NCBI GenBank assembly: GCA_027013105.1
Contig: JALUYG010000235.1
Span: forward strand, 1-51,421
Reading direction: 5' to 3'
Origin: Mariprofundus sp.
GTDB taxonomy: Bacteria > Pseudomonadota > Zetaproteobacteria > Mariprofundales > Mariprofundaceae
DNA: 51,421 nucleotides
Shown here: piece by piece, positions 9,896-19,487 of the stretch
Layout: each line of letters begins with the position of its first letter
How positions within the stretch are numbered: position 1 is the first letter of the stretch
Notes under the pieces: generated by a model
The model's database searches: none
The model's input: the letters and a program-made list of their open reading frames with translations, nothing else
Told to the model about the DNA's origin: nothing
Translations under genes and position numbers: made by a program

Positions 9896-10117
9896 AGATT
9901 TTCTCCCACCTATCCAACGCTGTTTGTTGTCTGAACTTGAAGCATGCGCACCTTACGGTTGTGAATAAACAGACTGAAAACCGACCGCCGGAGAAGCTTG
10001 AGGGGAGTAGGAACTCCGACGGCCGATTAACAGAAACCAATGCGTATGTATGCAGCAAACAGTGTGTTAATCGAGACGCCAAGTCAATAAATAAAATAGT
10101 AGAGAGCGTGCCCTTCC

Positions 10118-10306
10118 CTACTCTTTTTGATCGTCCTTCTTTTTATCCTCATCATCACTGCCGGTGACGCCATCGTAAATGGCGCCGCCCACCTTGAATG
10201 GCACTTTGACCACTTCAACGCCGACATCAACAGCAGTGCTGACAGCCGTGGCCAGGCAGCCGCTCAGGGCGAATAGCAGAACCGGCAACAGAAATATTTT
10301 TTTCAT
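10118..10306 (-). CDS. Small lipoprotein
   Basis: MKKIFLLPVLLFALSGC lipobox, RBS GAGG. Confidence 0.75.
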   Translation of the reverse strand: MKKIFLLPVLLFALSGCLATAVSTAVDVGVEVVKVPFKVGGAIYDGVTGSDDEDKKKDDQKE

Positions 10307-10361
10307 GGCAACCTCACAGCGGCGAACTCTGGCATAGAATGGAGGGCTGCGTAAGACGTCA

Positions 10362-11675
10362 TCAGAAGCTCCATTCGAGTTCAGCGTAGATGCGGTCATT
10401 GGATGCAAACTGGCCAAAGAAGCCGCCGCTGCCGCTGATGATATCCGCCCCCAGCGTGCCGATCAGTTCATCGCTGATCTCATAACTCACTTTGGGGCGC
10501 GCCAATAAACCGCCGTCATCGAGGTCGGCCAGCAGCAGAACCTCAGGTTTCAGCTTCTCATTCATGTAGTCGGTGGCAATGCGCAGCGTAGCAAAGTTCG
10601 GGGTCGAACCGAGCGTTACATCCACAACCGGTTTGTTGAGGATTTGACGGCCGAAGAGTTGCACGCCAACTGTCCAGTTCGATCGGGTGTAATCCACTGC
10701 AATCGCGCCGTTCAGCGTGGTGCGGCGCACCACGGAGCGATTCCAGATCAGCGCAGTGGTGTTGATGCCCTCGCCGAAATTCACCGCCACTTCGCCGCGC
10801 ACCACAAATGCGCCGAAAGCATTTGAGAATGAGCCGCCCGCCGTGTGCATGCGCAGATGGCGCAGTTGCGTGGTCATCGTTGTACCCACCAGTTGTCTGA
10901 ACAGATTGGGACGATCATTCCAACCAAAATAATAATTCAGCGACAGATCCCAGCCAGCCACATTGGCGCGCCAGGCCGCTCCCAACTCCGTATTGTTCAG
11001 TGACCAGTTGGGCTGCTCGGGCGCCAGTGAGCGCAGCGTGATGCCGGGCGGTGGCGACGGCAGTGCAAATCCCCATCGTGAACCGGCCGGTGCAAACTCG
11101 GCAGGCCTGGCATCGGGCACGACGACAAACTCAAATTCGTTTTCAGCGCCGCCGATATCGGCATAATAATTCAGCCGCGCCGACCACAACCCTATGCGCG
11201 AATCGAGGAAATCATCGAGAATAAACTCACGCAGATCGAACGGGTTAATGATATCGAGCATACGAATGCCATCGGTCTTGCCCCAGACAATCTGCTGCTG
11301 ACCGATACGGAAATCGTAATCATCTGCGCCATATAGGAAATAGGCCTCTTTGCTCTCGATGCGGGTGCGATAGTGCTGTTTGATGCCGTGGGTTAAATCG
11401 GTTGCGTTGGTGGCATTGACATCCATCGCGGCGTCATACCAGGCTAGCCCCCTGCCCCGAAATTCCCAGCCGCCGCTCAGCACAGCTTCCGGCTTCAGGT
11501 CGAGCCGGTTCTGAATTTTATCGAACCGTTTTTTGCCGCTGATAAAATAGGCGCTCTCGTTTTTCAACGCTCCATGCAGCGTCCATTCGACAGCATTTGC
11601 CAAATTCACAACAAACGATTCACCGCAGAGAACACAGAGAACGCAGAGGAAAATCTTTTTAAATTGGCTTATCAT
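10362..11675 (-). CDS. DUF1302-like outer-membrane beta-barrel
   Basis: RIGQQQIVWGKTDG..LDIINPFD motif, C-terminal ELEWSF, sits beside MMPL and LolA-like genes. Confidence 0.8.
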   Translation of the reverse strand: MISQFKKIFLCVLCVLCGESFVVNLANAVEWTLHGALKNESAYFISGKKRFDKIQNRLDLKPEAVLSGGWEFRGRGLAWYDAAMDVNATNATDLTHGIKQHYRTRIESKEAYFLYGADDYDFRIGQQQIVWGKTDGIRMLDIINPFDLREFILDDFLDSRIGLWSARLNYYADIGGAENEFEFVVVPDARPAEFAPAGSRWGFALPSPPPGITLRSLAPEQPNWSLNNTELGAAWRANVAGWDLSLNYYFGWNDRPNLFRQLVGTTMTTQLRHLRMHTAGGSFSNAFGAFVVRGEVAVNFGEGINTTALIWNRSVVRRTTLNGAIAVDYTRSNWTVGVQLFGRQILNKPVVDVTLGSTPNFATLRIATDYMNEKLKPEVLLLADLDDGGLLARPKVSYEISDELIGTLGADIISGSGGFFGQFASNDRIYAELEWSF

Positions 11676-11689
11676 CCGTGTTCATCTGC
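11619..11689. repeat. Composite REP-like element overlapping the DUF1302 gene start
   Basis: TTCACCGCAGAGAACACAGAGAACGCAGAGG ... ATCCGTGTTCATCTGC; related to 14043 and 50016-50097. Confidence 0.6.
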
Positions 11690-11711
11690 AATGGGAGTAT
11701 TTTGATGTTGT

Positions 11712-13997
11712 TCATTTGGCTTTGGCGCGCAGCAACACGGGAAACAGATAGCAACTGGCCAGATAGCAGATGGTCATGGAGCCGGCCACCAGAGCGCCGA
11801 GTTTGACCTGCGGGTAGAGGTGGGCGGTGAGTAGCACCAGAAAACCGCCGATCACCACCAGCGCGTTAAACAGCAGCGCCCTGCCGGTATCGTCGTTGGC
11901 CGATGTGACGATATCCGCATGGTGCATGCCGGCGCGCTGATAAAAACGGTAGCGATAGAGATAATGAATGGCGAAATCGACGCCGATGCCCAATGCCATG
12001 GCGCCGGTGATGGCCGTGCCGATCTCCAGCGGCAACCCCATCAGCCCCATCACGCCGTAAATGATCACCACCGAAATAGAGACAGGCAGCAACACCAGCG
12101 CAGCATCGAAAAGCTTGCGGAACATGGCCAGGCAGAGCAGAAAAATCAGCACCAGCGCCAGCAGCAGCGACTGAATCTGACCGGTGATAATCAGGTTGGA
12201 AAAACGGTAGTTGGTGTAGGCCGTGCCGGCCAGTTCCATGTTGGCCTGCGGAAACCAGCGATCTCTGCCCTGCTTGAGCATCGCCACCAGGCGCGCGGCA
12301 TCGGCGCTGCTGTCTGTTTTCAGATTGATGCGGACATGCGCCTGCCTGTAATCCGACGTAACGAAGGCGTCAAAATCATCCGGCGCGCCGGAAAAGGAGT
12401 AGAGCAACAGATATTGCGCCGCCAGCTCTGAGCTATCAGGCGGCACGCGATAAGCCTGCTTGCCGGCATGCATCACCTTGTTCATCTCGGAGAGAAATTC
12501 GGCAATGGAAGATGAATCACCCACCACGGCATCGGCTTCAACCGCCGCCTGCAACTTGCTCATGCCGGCAAGAAAGGCGGGATCAAGCACGCCGTCCTTC
12601 TTACCCGTATCGAGCATCACATCGAGCGCATTGGTGCCTGAGAAGTGGGCGTTCAGGGTCTCGTCAGCGAGGCGAATCGGATCGGACGGATGGAACTCCG
12701 ACACCAGCGACGAGTTGACCTGCATCTGCGACAAGCCATAAGCGGCAACCAGCATCAACAGGGAAAATACCACCATAATCCGTTTTGGCTGCTGCAACAC
12801 CACCCTGCTCATCCAGGACAAATAGCCGCCAAATGCCAGCCGCTTCAACGCTTTCTCGCGATGTGGCAGCAGCGATTCTATGGCCGGTACAAACAGAATC
12901 GTGATGATAAACGCGTAGAGTATGCCGGCGGCGGCGAACAGTCCGAAATAGCGCATCGGCAACAGATCGGAGGTCAACATGGCCAGAAAACCGGCTGCGG
13001 TGGTTAGTGTGGTCATCAGAATCGGAGACCACATGCCGCTCATGCCGCTGATGATCGCCTGCTGTTTGCCCATCTGCTTATCCCGCCCCGCTTCCACCCG
13101 GATATGGGTAAGCAGATGCACCGAATCGGCGATGCCGACCGCCAGAATGAGGATCGGCAGCAGCGTTGTGACCGTATAGACCGGAATGCCGGCGGCGGCC
13201 ATGGTGCCGAGCATCCATAGCTCGGAGAGAATCACCACGGCCAGCGGAATCAGCACGCCGCGCAGATTGCGGAACGATAAAAACAGCAGCAGCGCCAGCA
13301 GCGCCAGAATCATCGGCTGCATCTGCTGCATATCCTGCGGCATATAGGTGCCGAACACGCCTTCAATCACCGGGCGGCCGGTAATCAGGATATCTTCCGG
13401 CCCGCCGCGCGCATTGATGGCCTCCACCTTGGCTTTGAGCAATTTGTAGATATCATAAAAGTGGCCGCGATATGAGGGATCGGGGCGCACCACAATCAGT
13501 GTTCCCTTGCCATCCTCGCTGACGATCGAGCCCATATAGATGCCGTTATCCACCAGCCGCTGATGCAGATGTTTCAGCGCCGCCGGCGTTGTGGGCGGGC
13601 TATCCATAAAATGTTCGACTTCCATGCCATCGGCAGTGCCGCGCATATCCTTGATGGTCGACAGGCTCATCAAATCCGACAGCGACAGGGTGCGAAACTC
13701 CTTGCGCATTCGCAACCAGTTGGTCAGTTCATCAACCAGCTTGAGGGTATGCGGATTATAAATGCCATTCGGACTCTTGTTATTGGTAACGCCGATCACC
13801 ACCATATCGGCGGATGAGAACAGCTTTTCCAGCTTCTTTTTGTTGGCGTAAGCATCCATGCTATGCGGCAACATCTTCTCGACGCTGGTTTCCATCTTGA
13901 TCTTCGGCAACTGCGATACAAACCCTACCGTGGCGACCGCCAGCAACACCAATACCAGCCAGGCGCGATGCACAATAAATGAGAATAACGATTGCAT
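11712..13997 (-). CDS. MMPL/RND-family exporter
   Basis: Two repeated TM/periplasmic modules, AVGIADSVH and ALGIGVDFAIH motifs. Confidence 0.92.
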   Translation of the reverse strand: MQSLFSFIVHRAWLVLVLLAVATVGFVSQLPKIKMETSVEKMLPHSMDAYANKKKLEKLFSSADMVVIGVTNNKSPNGIYNPHTLKLVDELTNWLRMRKEFRTLSLSDLMSLSTIKDMRGTADGMEVEHFMDSPPTTPAALKHLHQRLVDNGIYMGSIVSEDGKGTLIVVRPDPSYRGHFYDIYKLLKAKVEAINARGGPEDILITGRPVIEGVFGTYMPQDMQQMQPMILALLALLLFLSFRNLRGVLIPLAVVILSELWMLGTMAAAGIPVYTVTTLLPILILAVGIADSVHLLTHIRVEAGRDKQMGKQQAIISGMSGMWSPILMTTLTTAAGFLAMLTSDLLPMRYFGLFAAAGILYAFIITILFVPAIESLLPHREKALKRLAFGGYLSWMSRVVLQQPKRIMVVFSLLMLVAAYGLSQMQVNSSLVSEFHPSDPIRLADETLNAHFSGTNALDVMLDTGKKDGVLDPAFLAGMSKLQAAVEADAVVGDSSSIAEFLSEMNKVMHAGKQAYRVPPDSSELAAQYLLLYSFSGAPDDFDAFVTSDYRQAHVRINLKTDSSADAARLVAMLKQGRDRWFPQANMELAGTAYTNYRFSNLIITGQIQSLLLALVLIFLLCLAMFRKLFDAALVLLPVSISVVIIYGVMGLMGLPLEIGTAITGAMALGIGVDFAIHYLYRYRFYQRAGMHHADIVTSANDDTGRALLFNALVVIGGFLVLLTAHLYPQVKLGALVAGSMTICYLASCYLFPVLLRAKAK

Positions 13998-14042
13998 GAT
14001 TTATCCTTGATGGGTCGAGATGTAAAATAGAGTCAAAAACTT

Positions 14043-14135
14043 TTCACCGCAGAGGACGCAAAGGAAAAACATGATACTGTACGATATGAATTGCCTTTGA
14101 CTTTCTTTGCGTACCTTTGCGCTCTTTGCGGTGAA
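14043..14135. repeat. Inverted-repeat element (CACCGCAGAG/CGCAAAG family)
   Basis: TTCACCGCAGAGGACGCAAAGG ... CCTTTGCGCTCTTTGCGGTGAA. Confidence 0.7.
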
Positions 14136-14137
14136 TT

Positions 14138-14956
14138 TTACTTTCGATAACCGCGCTTGAGCATACGTTCGGTGAATTTTCGGTCCGACAGCCCGCTGTT
14201 GTAGTGTTGATCTGAAAACACTATTTCGGTTTTATGGCCGGTCTGAATATTTTCCATCACCACCCTGGTCGCCGTCCAGACGCCCTGAATCTGTTTTACC
14301 TCGGTGGCATGAAAATGTTTCAGCTCCTGCCCCTTGCGATCCCAGTAGTCGATGCGAATGGCCAGATCAATATCCTTGCGAATAAAGTTAACTGTTTTTG
14401 AGTAGCCGAGATCCTTTTTCAGCTCGTCGGTTTTCGGCACGCCCTGCACCTTCCAGCAGTCGTGCCCATCCACCGTTTCCGATCCGATCAGCGTCCAGTT
14501 GTAATCCTCCAGTTCCGGCGTCTGTTTGACATCTTCAAAGGTGAAATCGGTGCCCATGAAATAGTCGCCGCGATCCGATGAAGATATTCGGCGCACCTTC
14601 TTCAGCGCCGGCAGATAGAGCCATTGATCGTCATCGCGTTCTGTGCCATCGTAATCATAGGTCAGCAGCGCCGTATCGCGGATATTGGCCGGCTTGAGAA
14701 AATAGGAGATCGATTTGCTGTCCTTACCATAATCCTTGCGCATCGCGACCATAAACCGTTCCCGCACGCCGCCGCGCCGGTCGATCAGCTTCTGGTAAAT
14801 CGACTGGGTCAAATCATCGCCGTCGTCGCGATTATCCACCCGCTGCATAATCTGGAGGCCTGTTGGATCAGCGCCATACGACAAAACCGGGGCCGCGCCA
14901 ATGCCGCCGCTCAAGGTCAAAGTCAGCAGTGCAACTTTCAATATATTCATGGTCAT
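14138..14956 (-). CDS. LolA-like outer-membrane lipoprotein-sorting protein
   Basis: DDDQWLYLPALKKVRRISS..FMGTDFTFED, signal peptide. Confidence 0.9.
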   Translation of the reverse strand: MTMNILKVALLTLTLSGGIGAAPVLSYGADPTGLQIMQRVDNRDDGDDLTQSIYQKLIDRRGGVRERFMVAMRKDYGKDSKSISYFLKPANIRDTALLTYDYDGTERDDDQWLYLPALKKVRRISSSDRGDYFMGTDFTFEDVKQTPELEDYNWTLIGSETVDGHDCWKVQGVPKTDELKKDLGYSKTVNFIRKDIDLAIRIDYWDRKGQELKHFHATEVKQIQGVWTATRVVMENIQTGHKTEIVFSDQHYNSGLSDRKFTERMLKRGYRK

Positions 14957-15023
14957 TTCATCCCCTTTTCCACCAACTCGAACATATGCGGCGTTTCCGA
15001 TTATTCATTATTCACCGCCACAT

Positions 15024-15060
15024 CTAAAAAAACGGGCGATCAGAATCGTCCGTTTTTTAG
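15024..15060 (-). terminator. Rho-independent terminator after the TPR gene
   Basis: AAAAAAACGGGCGAT-CAGA-ATCGTCCGTTTTTT. Confidence 0.75.
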
Positions 15061-15061
15061 A

Positions 15062-15730
15062 TTATTTGATATGACCTCTCTTTTTGGCTTCCGCCAGCTT
15101 GGCTGCAGCCTGAGCCTTGCGGCCTGCCGAATAGACCGGACGACTGGCCACAGCTGGTAGATCCAGCACTTTTTGCAGGTAAGGGACGGCCTTTTTGTAC
15201 TCCTTCTGCTCCATCCAGTAGTCACCCATAAAGTAGTTGGCATCCATATCATCCGGGGCGACTGCAATGGCCTTGGTCAGATATTCCAGCGCCTTGTCAT
15301 CATCGCCGAAACCGATAAAGCCGCCCGGCACCATGTAATAGAAACTGCCCAATGTCGTATAGACCGAACCATGCAGTGCGTTGGGGTCGATTTTTTTGGC
15401 GGCCAGCAACAGATCCCGCCCCTGCTTCATCTGCGGCATGGCATTGAACATCGAACTCACACCGCCCATGGCGCCGGCATATCCGGCCCGGATAATGGCT
15501 TCCCAAATCTTCGGTTCGGCGCGATTCGGATATTTGGCGGTCAGTGCCGAAGCCTTCTCCACCAGCGCCTTAAAACTCGCCTCTTTCTGAGCATCGGGGG
15601 TCTTGTAGTTGGCCTGCGCCCATTCATGCTGCAAGTTCAATATGGCATCCTCAAGCGCCCCTGCCCATGCCGATGTCGCCATCAAACCACTGGCGACCAC
15701 CATCGCCATCATCCATTTTACTATCTTCAT
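15062..15730 (-). CDS. Exported TPR protein
   Basis: Signal peptide ending AWA, TPR-like helices (ALEYLTKAIAVAP, AVPYLQKVLDL). Confidence 0.85.
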   Translation of the reverse strand: MKIVKWMMAMVVASGLMATSAWAGALEDAILNLQHEWAQANYKTPDAQKEASFKALVEKASALTAKYPNRAEPKIWEAIIRAGYAGAMGGVSSMFNAMPQMKQGRDLLLAAKKIDPNALHGSVYTTLGSFYYMVPGGFIGFGDDDKALEYLTKAIAVAPDDMDANYFMGDYWMEQKEYKKAVPYLQKVLDLPAVASRPVYSAGRKAQAAAKLAEAKKRGHIK

Positions 15731-15763
15731 CTTTCTCTCTCCTTTATCAGAAAATTATAATCT

Positions 15764-15890
15764 TTTCACGCCAAGGCGCAAAGACGCCAGGTGAAATCAA
15801 AGCTATGTGCGATAACGTCCAAAACCAATGATAGTTTTGCTATGCATGGTTGTTTTGCATTTCTTTGCGCCTTTGCGCCTTGGCGTGAAA
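15764..15890. repeat. Inverted-repeat element (CACGCCAAGGCGCAAAG family)
   Basis: TTTCACGCCAAGGCGCAAAG ... CTTTGCGCCTTGGCGTGAAA, perfect 20-bp arms. Confidence 0.75.
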
Positions 15891-15899
15891 TGCTTTTGC

Positions 15900-16688
15900 C
15901 TATTGCTGCTTGGCAAATTTTCGGGCGATGCGATTCTGGGCAGCCAGCGCTTTATCGACAAGGCGCGGAAACATCACGTTGATGCGCACAAATAACGCTT
16001 CCGGAAAACCGAAATAGATATCTTTGCGATCATTGTTGATCGCCGCAATAATTTTTCTCACCACATCTTCCGGCGCATCCATATTCATCTTGGTCGCTTC
16101 GCCCATCTTCATCACCGCATCGGAATTCATCGGCGTTTTCACCGCGCGCGGTGCAATATAGGTGACTTTGATATTGGTATCGGCCAGTTCGCGGCGCAGC
16201 GCTTCGGAAAAGCCGCGCAATCCGAACTTGGTGGTCGAATAGGTGGTGAAATAGGCAAATCCGATGGAGCCGAAGATCGAACCGACATTGACAATACGCC
16301 CGGCATTTTGCGCCTGCATGCTTGGCAGAATCGCCCGCGCCAGCCACATCGGCGCCAGCAGATTCACCCGCATCATCAATTCAATCTTATCCGGGTGCTC
16401 ATCCTCGTATGCTGCAAAGCTGTTGATGCCGGCCAGATTGATCAGCAGATCGACGCCCCCCAGCACTTCCCGGCACTCATCGCATGCAATCCTGCAGCCT
16501 TCAGCGGAAGAGAGATCGCCCGCCACCGGATGCGAACCTTCAAGTTCTGAGGCGACCTGATGCAAAGCGTCGGCATTGGCATCCACCAATGCCAGAATTG
16601 CACCTTTTTTCTTCAGTTCAGCCGCCAGGATTCTGCCCATGCCGCCGGCGGCGCCGGTAAGGATCACCCGTTTGTTATTGATTTCCAT
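15900..16688 (-). CDS. Short-chain dehydrogenase/reductase
   Basis: TGAAGGMG, INLAG, catalytic YSTTK. Confidence 0.93.
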   Translation of the reverse strand: MEINNKRVILTGAAGGMGRILAAELKKKGAILALVDANADALHQVASELEGSHPVAGDLSSAEGCRIACDECREVLGGVDLLINLAGINSFAAYEDEHPDKIELMMRVNLLAPMWLARAILPSMQAQNAGRIVNVGSIFGSIGFAYFTTYSTTKFGLRGFSEALRRELADTNIKVTYIAPRAVKTPMNSDAVMKMGEATKMNMDAPEDVVRKIIAAINNDRKDIYFGFPEALFVRINVMFPRLVDKALAAQNRIARKFAKQQ

Positions 16689-16692
16689 ACTG

Positions 16693-17355
16693 TTACTCCC
16701 CCAGCCGAATCAACGGCAGACTGCGAAAAATATCGCCGTAGAGTTTATAGAACATTTTGGCGCAGTGAATCACCGCCTGTTTGTCCGCCGCTTCATCCAG
16801 CCTGTTCATCAGCCCCTCGTAAAAATCGACATGGCCGACATCGAGCGAACCATGAGAGTTCAGATAAGAAAAGGCCGTTTTCGGCAAGCCCAGACTCTGC
16901 TCAATGTTGCCCGCCGCACTGGTCGCCAGCGCCACGCTGGTGCCTTCGAGCACCAGCACCATGCCGAAAAAGCCGGCCGGGTTATTGCGATATACCGTAT
17001 CGTAGGCATAAGCGACCATTAGTTCGGTCGCCGCCATCGGCGTTTCGGCGCGCACCGCTTCCTTATCGCCGCCTGCGGCGGCAATATCGTTGAGAATCCA
17101 CTCCTGATGGCCCATCTCCTCTTCGATATATTCACCAATGGCTTCACGCAGCCACTCCAGTCGTTCGGGCAGTCGCCCGCCGGTCGCCATCAGCAACGGC
17201 ACCGTATGCTTGACGTGGTGGTAGGCCTGTCCCAGAAAGGCCAGATAGCTCTGCAGCGACAACTCGCCTGCCGCGCCCATGCGGATAAACGGAATGGATA
17301 ACAGATCGTTGCGCTCAGCTTCCGTCGCTGCAATCAGTTCATCATAAAACGCCAT
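16693..17355 (-). CDS. Heme-oxygenase-like (TenA/PqqC/CADD fold) iron redox enzyme
   Basis: YIEEEMGH, VLEG and HGSLDVGH give the E/H/E/H/D/H metal-ligand pattern of HO-like diiron oxidases. Confidence 0.82.
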   Translation of the reverse strand: MAFYDELIAATEAERNDLLSIPFIRMGAAGELSLQSYLAFLGQAYHHVKHTVPLLMATGGRLPERLEWLREAIGEYIEEEMGHQEWILNDIAAAGGDKEAVRAETPMAATELMVAYAYDTVYRNNPAGFFGMVLVLEGTSVALATSAAGNIEQSLGLPKTAFSYLNSHGSLDVGHVDFYEGLMNRLDEAADKQAVIHCAKMFYKLYGDIFRSLPLIRLGE

Positions 17356-18843
17356 TCATGACTCCTTATATATGGCATCGATTTTTTCGGCATACGCCTT
17401 GAAAATATGTCCTCTTCTCGGCCTGCCGGTGCCTGTCCACAGGCCATTGCCAACGCTGAAAGGCTCATCGGCCGCAATCCAGCGGCAGACTCTGGCATAA
17501 TCGGGCAGACGCGCATTGGCGCTGGCCACGGCCTGCTGCACCTGCGCTGAGCCGGCACCTTGCCGGGCCACGATGACAGCAACATTAAACGGCCGCGCTT
17601 CACCGAACACGCAGCACTGGGCGATGGCCGGCTCAATGGATAGCTCCCGCTCCACCCACTCCGGCGACACATTGCGCCCGTAGGCAGTAATAAAGATATG
17701 TTTTTTGCGGCCGTTGAGAAACAGGAAGCCTTCATCATCAAGGTGGCCGATATCGCCAGTCGGCCAGTACTCCCCTGCTGGCTGCGGCGCATCGCCCAGA
17801 TAACCGGAAAACAGCGAGCCGCGTACCAGAATTTCGCCATCGTCGGCGAATTTTAGCTGCACATGCGGCAGCGGCTTGCCGACGCTACCGGGTTTGCAAT
17901 CGTTTTCCCTGTTCACCGCCACCACGCTGGCAGCCTCCGACAAACCATAGCCCTCAAATACTGCCAAACCGAGCGCCTCGGCTCTCTGCAACAATACGGG
18001 CGACACAGAAGCGCCGCCAACAGCGGTGTAGCGCAGGCGTGCCGGGCGATCAGCGCCCTGTTCGACGGCTGCAATCAGCGCATGCAACATCTGCGGAATC
18101 ATAATGCAGGTGGTCGCGCCAGCCTGATGTAGCGCGGTGATAAAACGGCTGATATCCAGACCAGCCGCGCCGCTCATGCCGACGCCGGCCATGCCCGGCG
18201 CAACAATAGCAGCGCCGGCCAGTAGCGGCGCATAAAGCCCGCCGATATTTTCCAGCAGGGTGGCATATGGCAGCAGAGAGAGGTGGCGATCAGATGCTGT
18301 CGCACTGGTCGCATCGGCCAGTGAGGCCGCCACTGTTTCCATGGCGGCGCGACTTAGACAGACGCCCTTGGGCTCGCCGGTGGAACCGGATGTGAAGGTG
18401 ATTTTCGCACACCCCTCCGGCAGTGCGACATCGGGCGTGCTGATCGCAATCAGCGTCAGCGCCTGTGTGAGTTCACGAGGCGGCTGATGCGTGAGAGCCA
18501 GGCCGTTCAGGAGGCGGGTAATCGACTCCGGCTGATCGGTAATGATCGCATCGACGCCGGCGCTGTTGAGCAGATGGCCAATCTGCGCCGGCGAAAAGAA
18601 GTGAGGTACGGGTATCAACGGAATCCCGGCCTGCATGCAGGCCAGGTCAGCCACAGCCCATGCCGGTGAATTATCCGCTGCCAGTGCCAGCGCCTGCACA
18701 TCGGCCTGACGCAGCCTGGCCGCCAGCGCCGTGACGGCGGTCAACAGCTGTGGATAGGTAAGTTGATCGTTGCCACAAGCCAGTGCAATGCGCTCGGGGT
18801 GACGGGCTGCGTAGATCTCCAGCGCTTCAAGCACCCGGCTCAA
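17356..18843 (-). CDS. AMP-binding (acyl-CoA synthetase-like) adenylating enzyme
   Basis: TFTSGSTGEPKG, EGYGLSE, TGDIG motifs. Confidence 0.92.
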   Translation of the reverse strand: MSRVLEALEIYAARHPERIALACGNDQLTYPQLLTAVTALAARLRQADVQALALAADNSPAWAVADLACMQAGIPLIPVPHFFSPAQIGHLLNSAGVDAIITDQPESITRLLNGLALTHQPPRELTQALTLIAISTPDVALPEGCAKITFTSGSTGEPKGVCLSRAAMETVAASLADATSATASDRHLSLLPYATLLENIGGLYAPLLAGAAIVAPGMAGVGMSGAAGLDISRFITALHQAGATTCIMIPQMLHALIAAVEQGADRPARLRYTAVGGASVSPVLLQRAEALGLAVFEGYGLSEAASVVAVNRENDCKPGSVGKPLPHVQLKFADDGEILVRGSLFSGYLGDAPQPAGEYWPTGDIGHLDDEGFLFLNGRKKHIFITAYGRNVSPEWVERELSIEPAIAQCCVFGEARPFNVAVIVARQGAGSAQVQQAVASANARLPDYARVCRWIAADEPFSVGNGLWTGTGRPRRGHIFKAYAEKIDAIYKES

Positions 18844-19487
18844 TGGCGCTCTCTCACTGCAGAGTTGTTCAGGTCTGCATCGTGTAAAGCGGCCTCTTCT
18901 GCCGAAGCCCAGGTGTCGCGCAGGCTGGCCCAGAGCTCCTGCAATACATCATGCCCCTGTTGGATATCGCCGAAACAGACCACCGGATTGCTCTGATAAT
19001 AGCTGCCCCATTTGGCAACCTCTTCGGGCGGCAACATCTTCTCATCGGCCGCCAGCAACTCCCAAACATCCAGCCCCAGACGGCGGAACACATTACGCAT
19101 CCGCGTGACGCCAGTGAATACCAGCCAGCGACAACCGATCGAATGCAGGTAAGCCGTGGCTCCGATCAGCGCCATGCGCGCATCTCCCGGCTCAGCTTCA
19201 GCCAGATTACCCACTTCAACAATGTCAGCGCGATCGGCCGGCCTGCCAAGGTAGCGTGAAATCACCGTTTCGATCGGATCGTCGAGATAATTTTCAAGAA
19301 ACAGATGCTCTTGCCCGGCCAGACGAAAGCCCATCACCGCCCTGCAGACGCCATCGGCGTTACGCACCCGCATGAGTTGCGGCATGAAGGTATCGACATT
19401 GGCGCCATAGGCGCGGGCATAGGTCTCATGGATAAAGCTGGTCGCCTGATGCCACTGCGGATCACCCGGTCGAATAATATCAAACAA
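18840..19487 (-). CDS. 'Thermostable hemolysin' (delta-VPH) family protein
   Basis: LFLENYLDDPIE, IVEVGNLA, WLVFTG, WGSYYQSNP; TTG start after GGAGG. Confidence 0.85.
   Translation of the reverse strand: MFDIIRPGDPQWHQATSFIHETYARAYGANVDTFMPQLMRVRNADGVCRAVMGFRLAGQEHLFLENYLDDPIETVISRYLGRPADRADIVEVGNLAEAEPGDARMALIGATAYLHSIGCRWLVFTGVTRMRNVFRRLGLDVWELLAADEKMLPPEEVAKWGSYYQSNPVVCFGDIQQGHDVLQELWASLRDTWASAEEAALHDADLNNSAVRERH

Noticed and set aside
18840-19487. Literal toxin/hemolysin interpretation
   Set aside because: No signal peptide and coupled to biosynthetic enzymes; the family name alone does not show toxicity.
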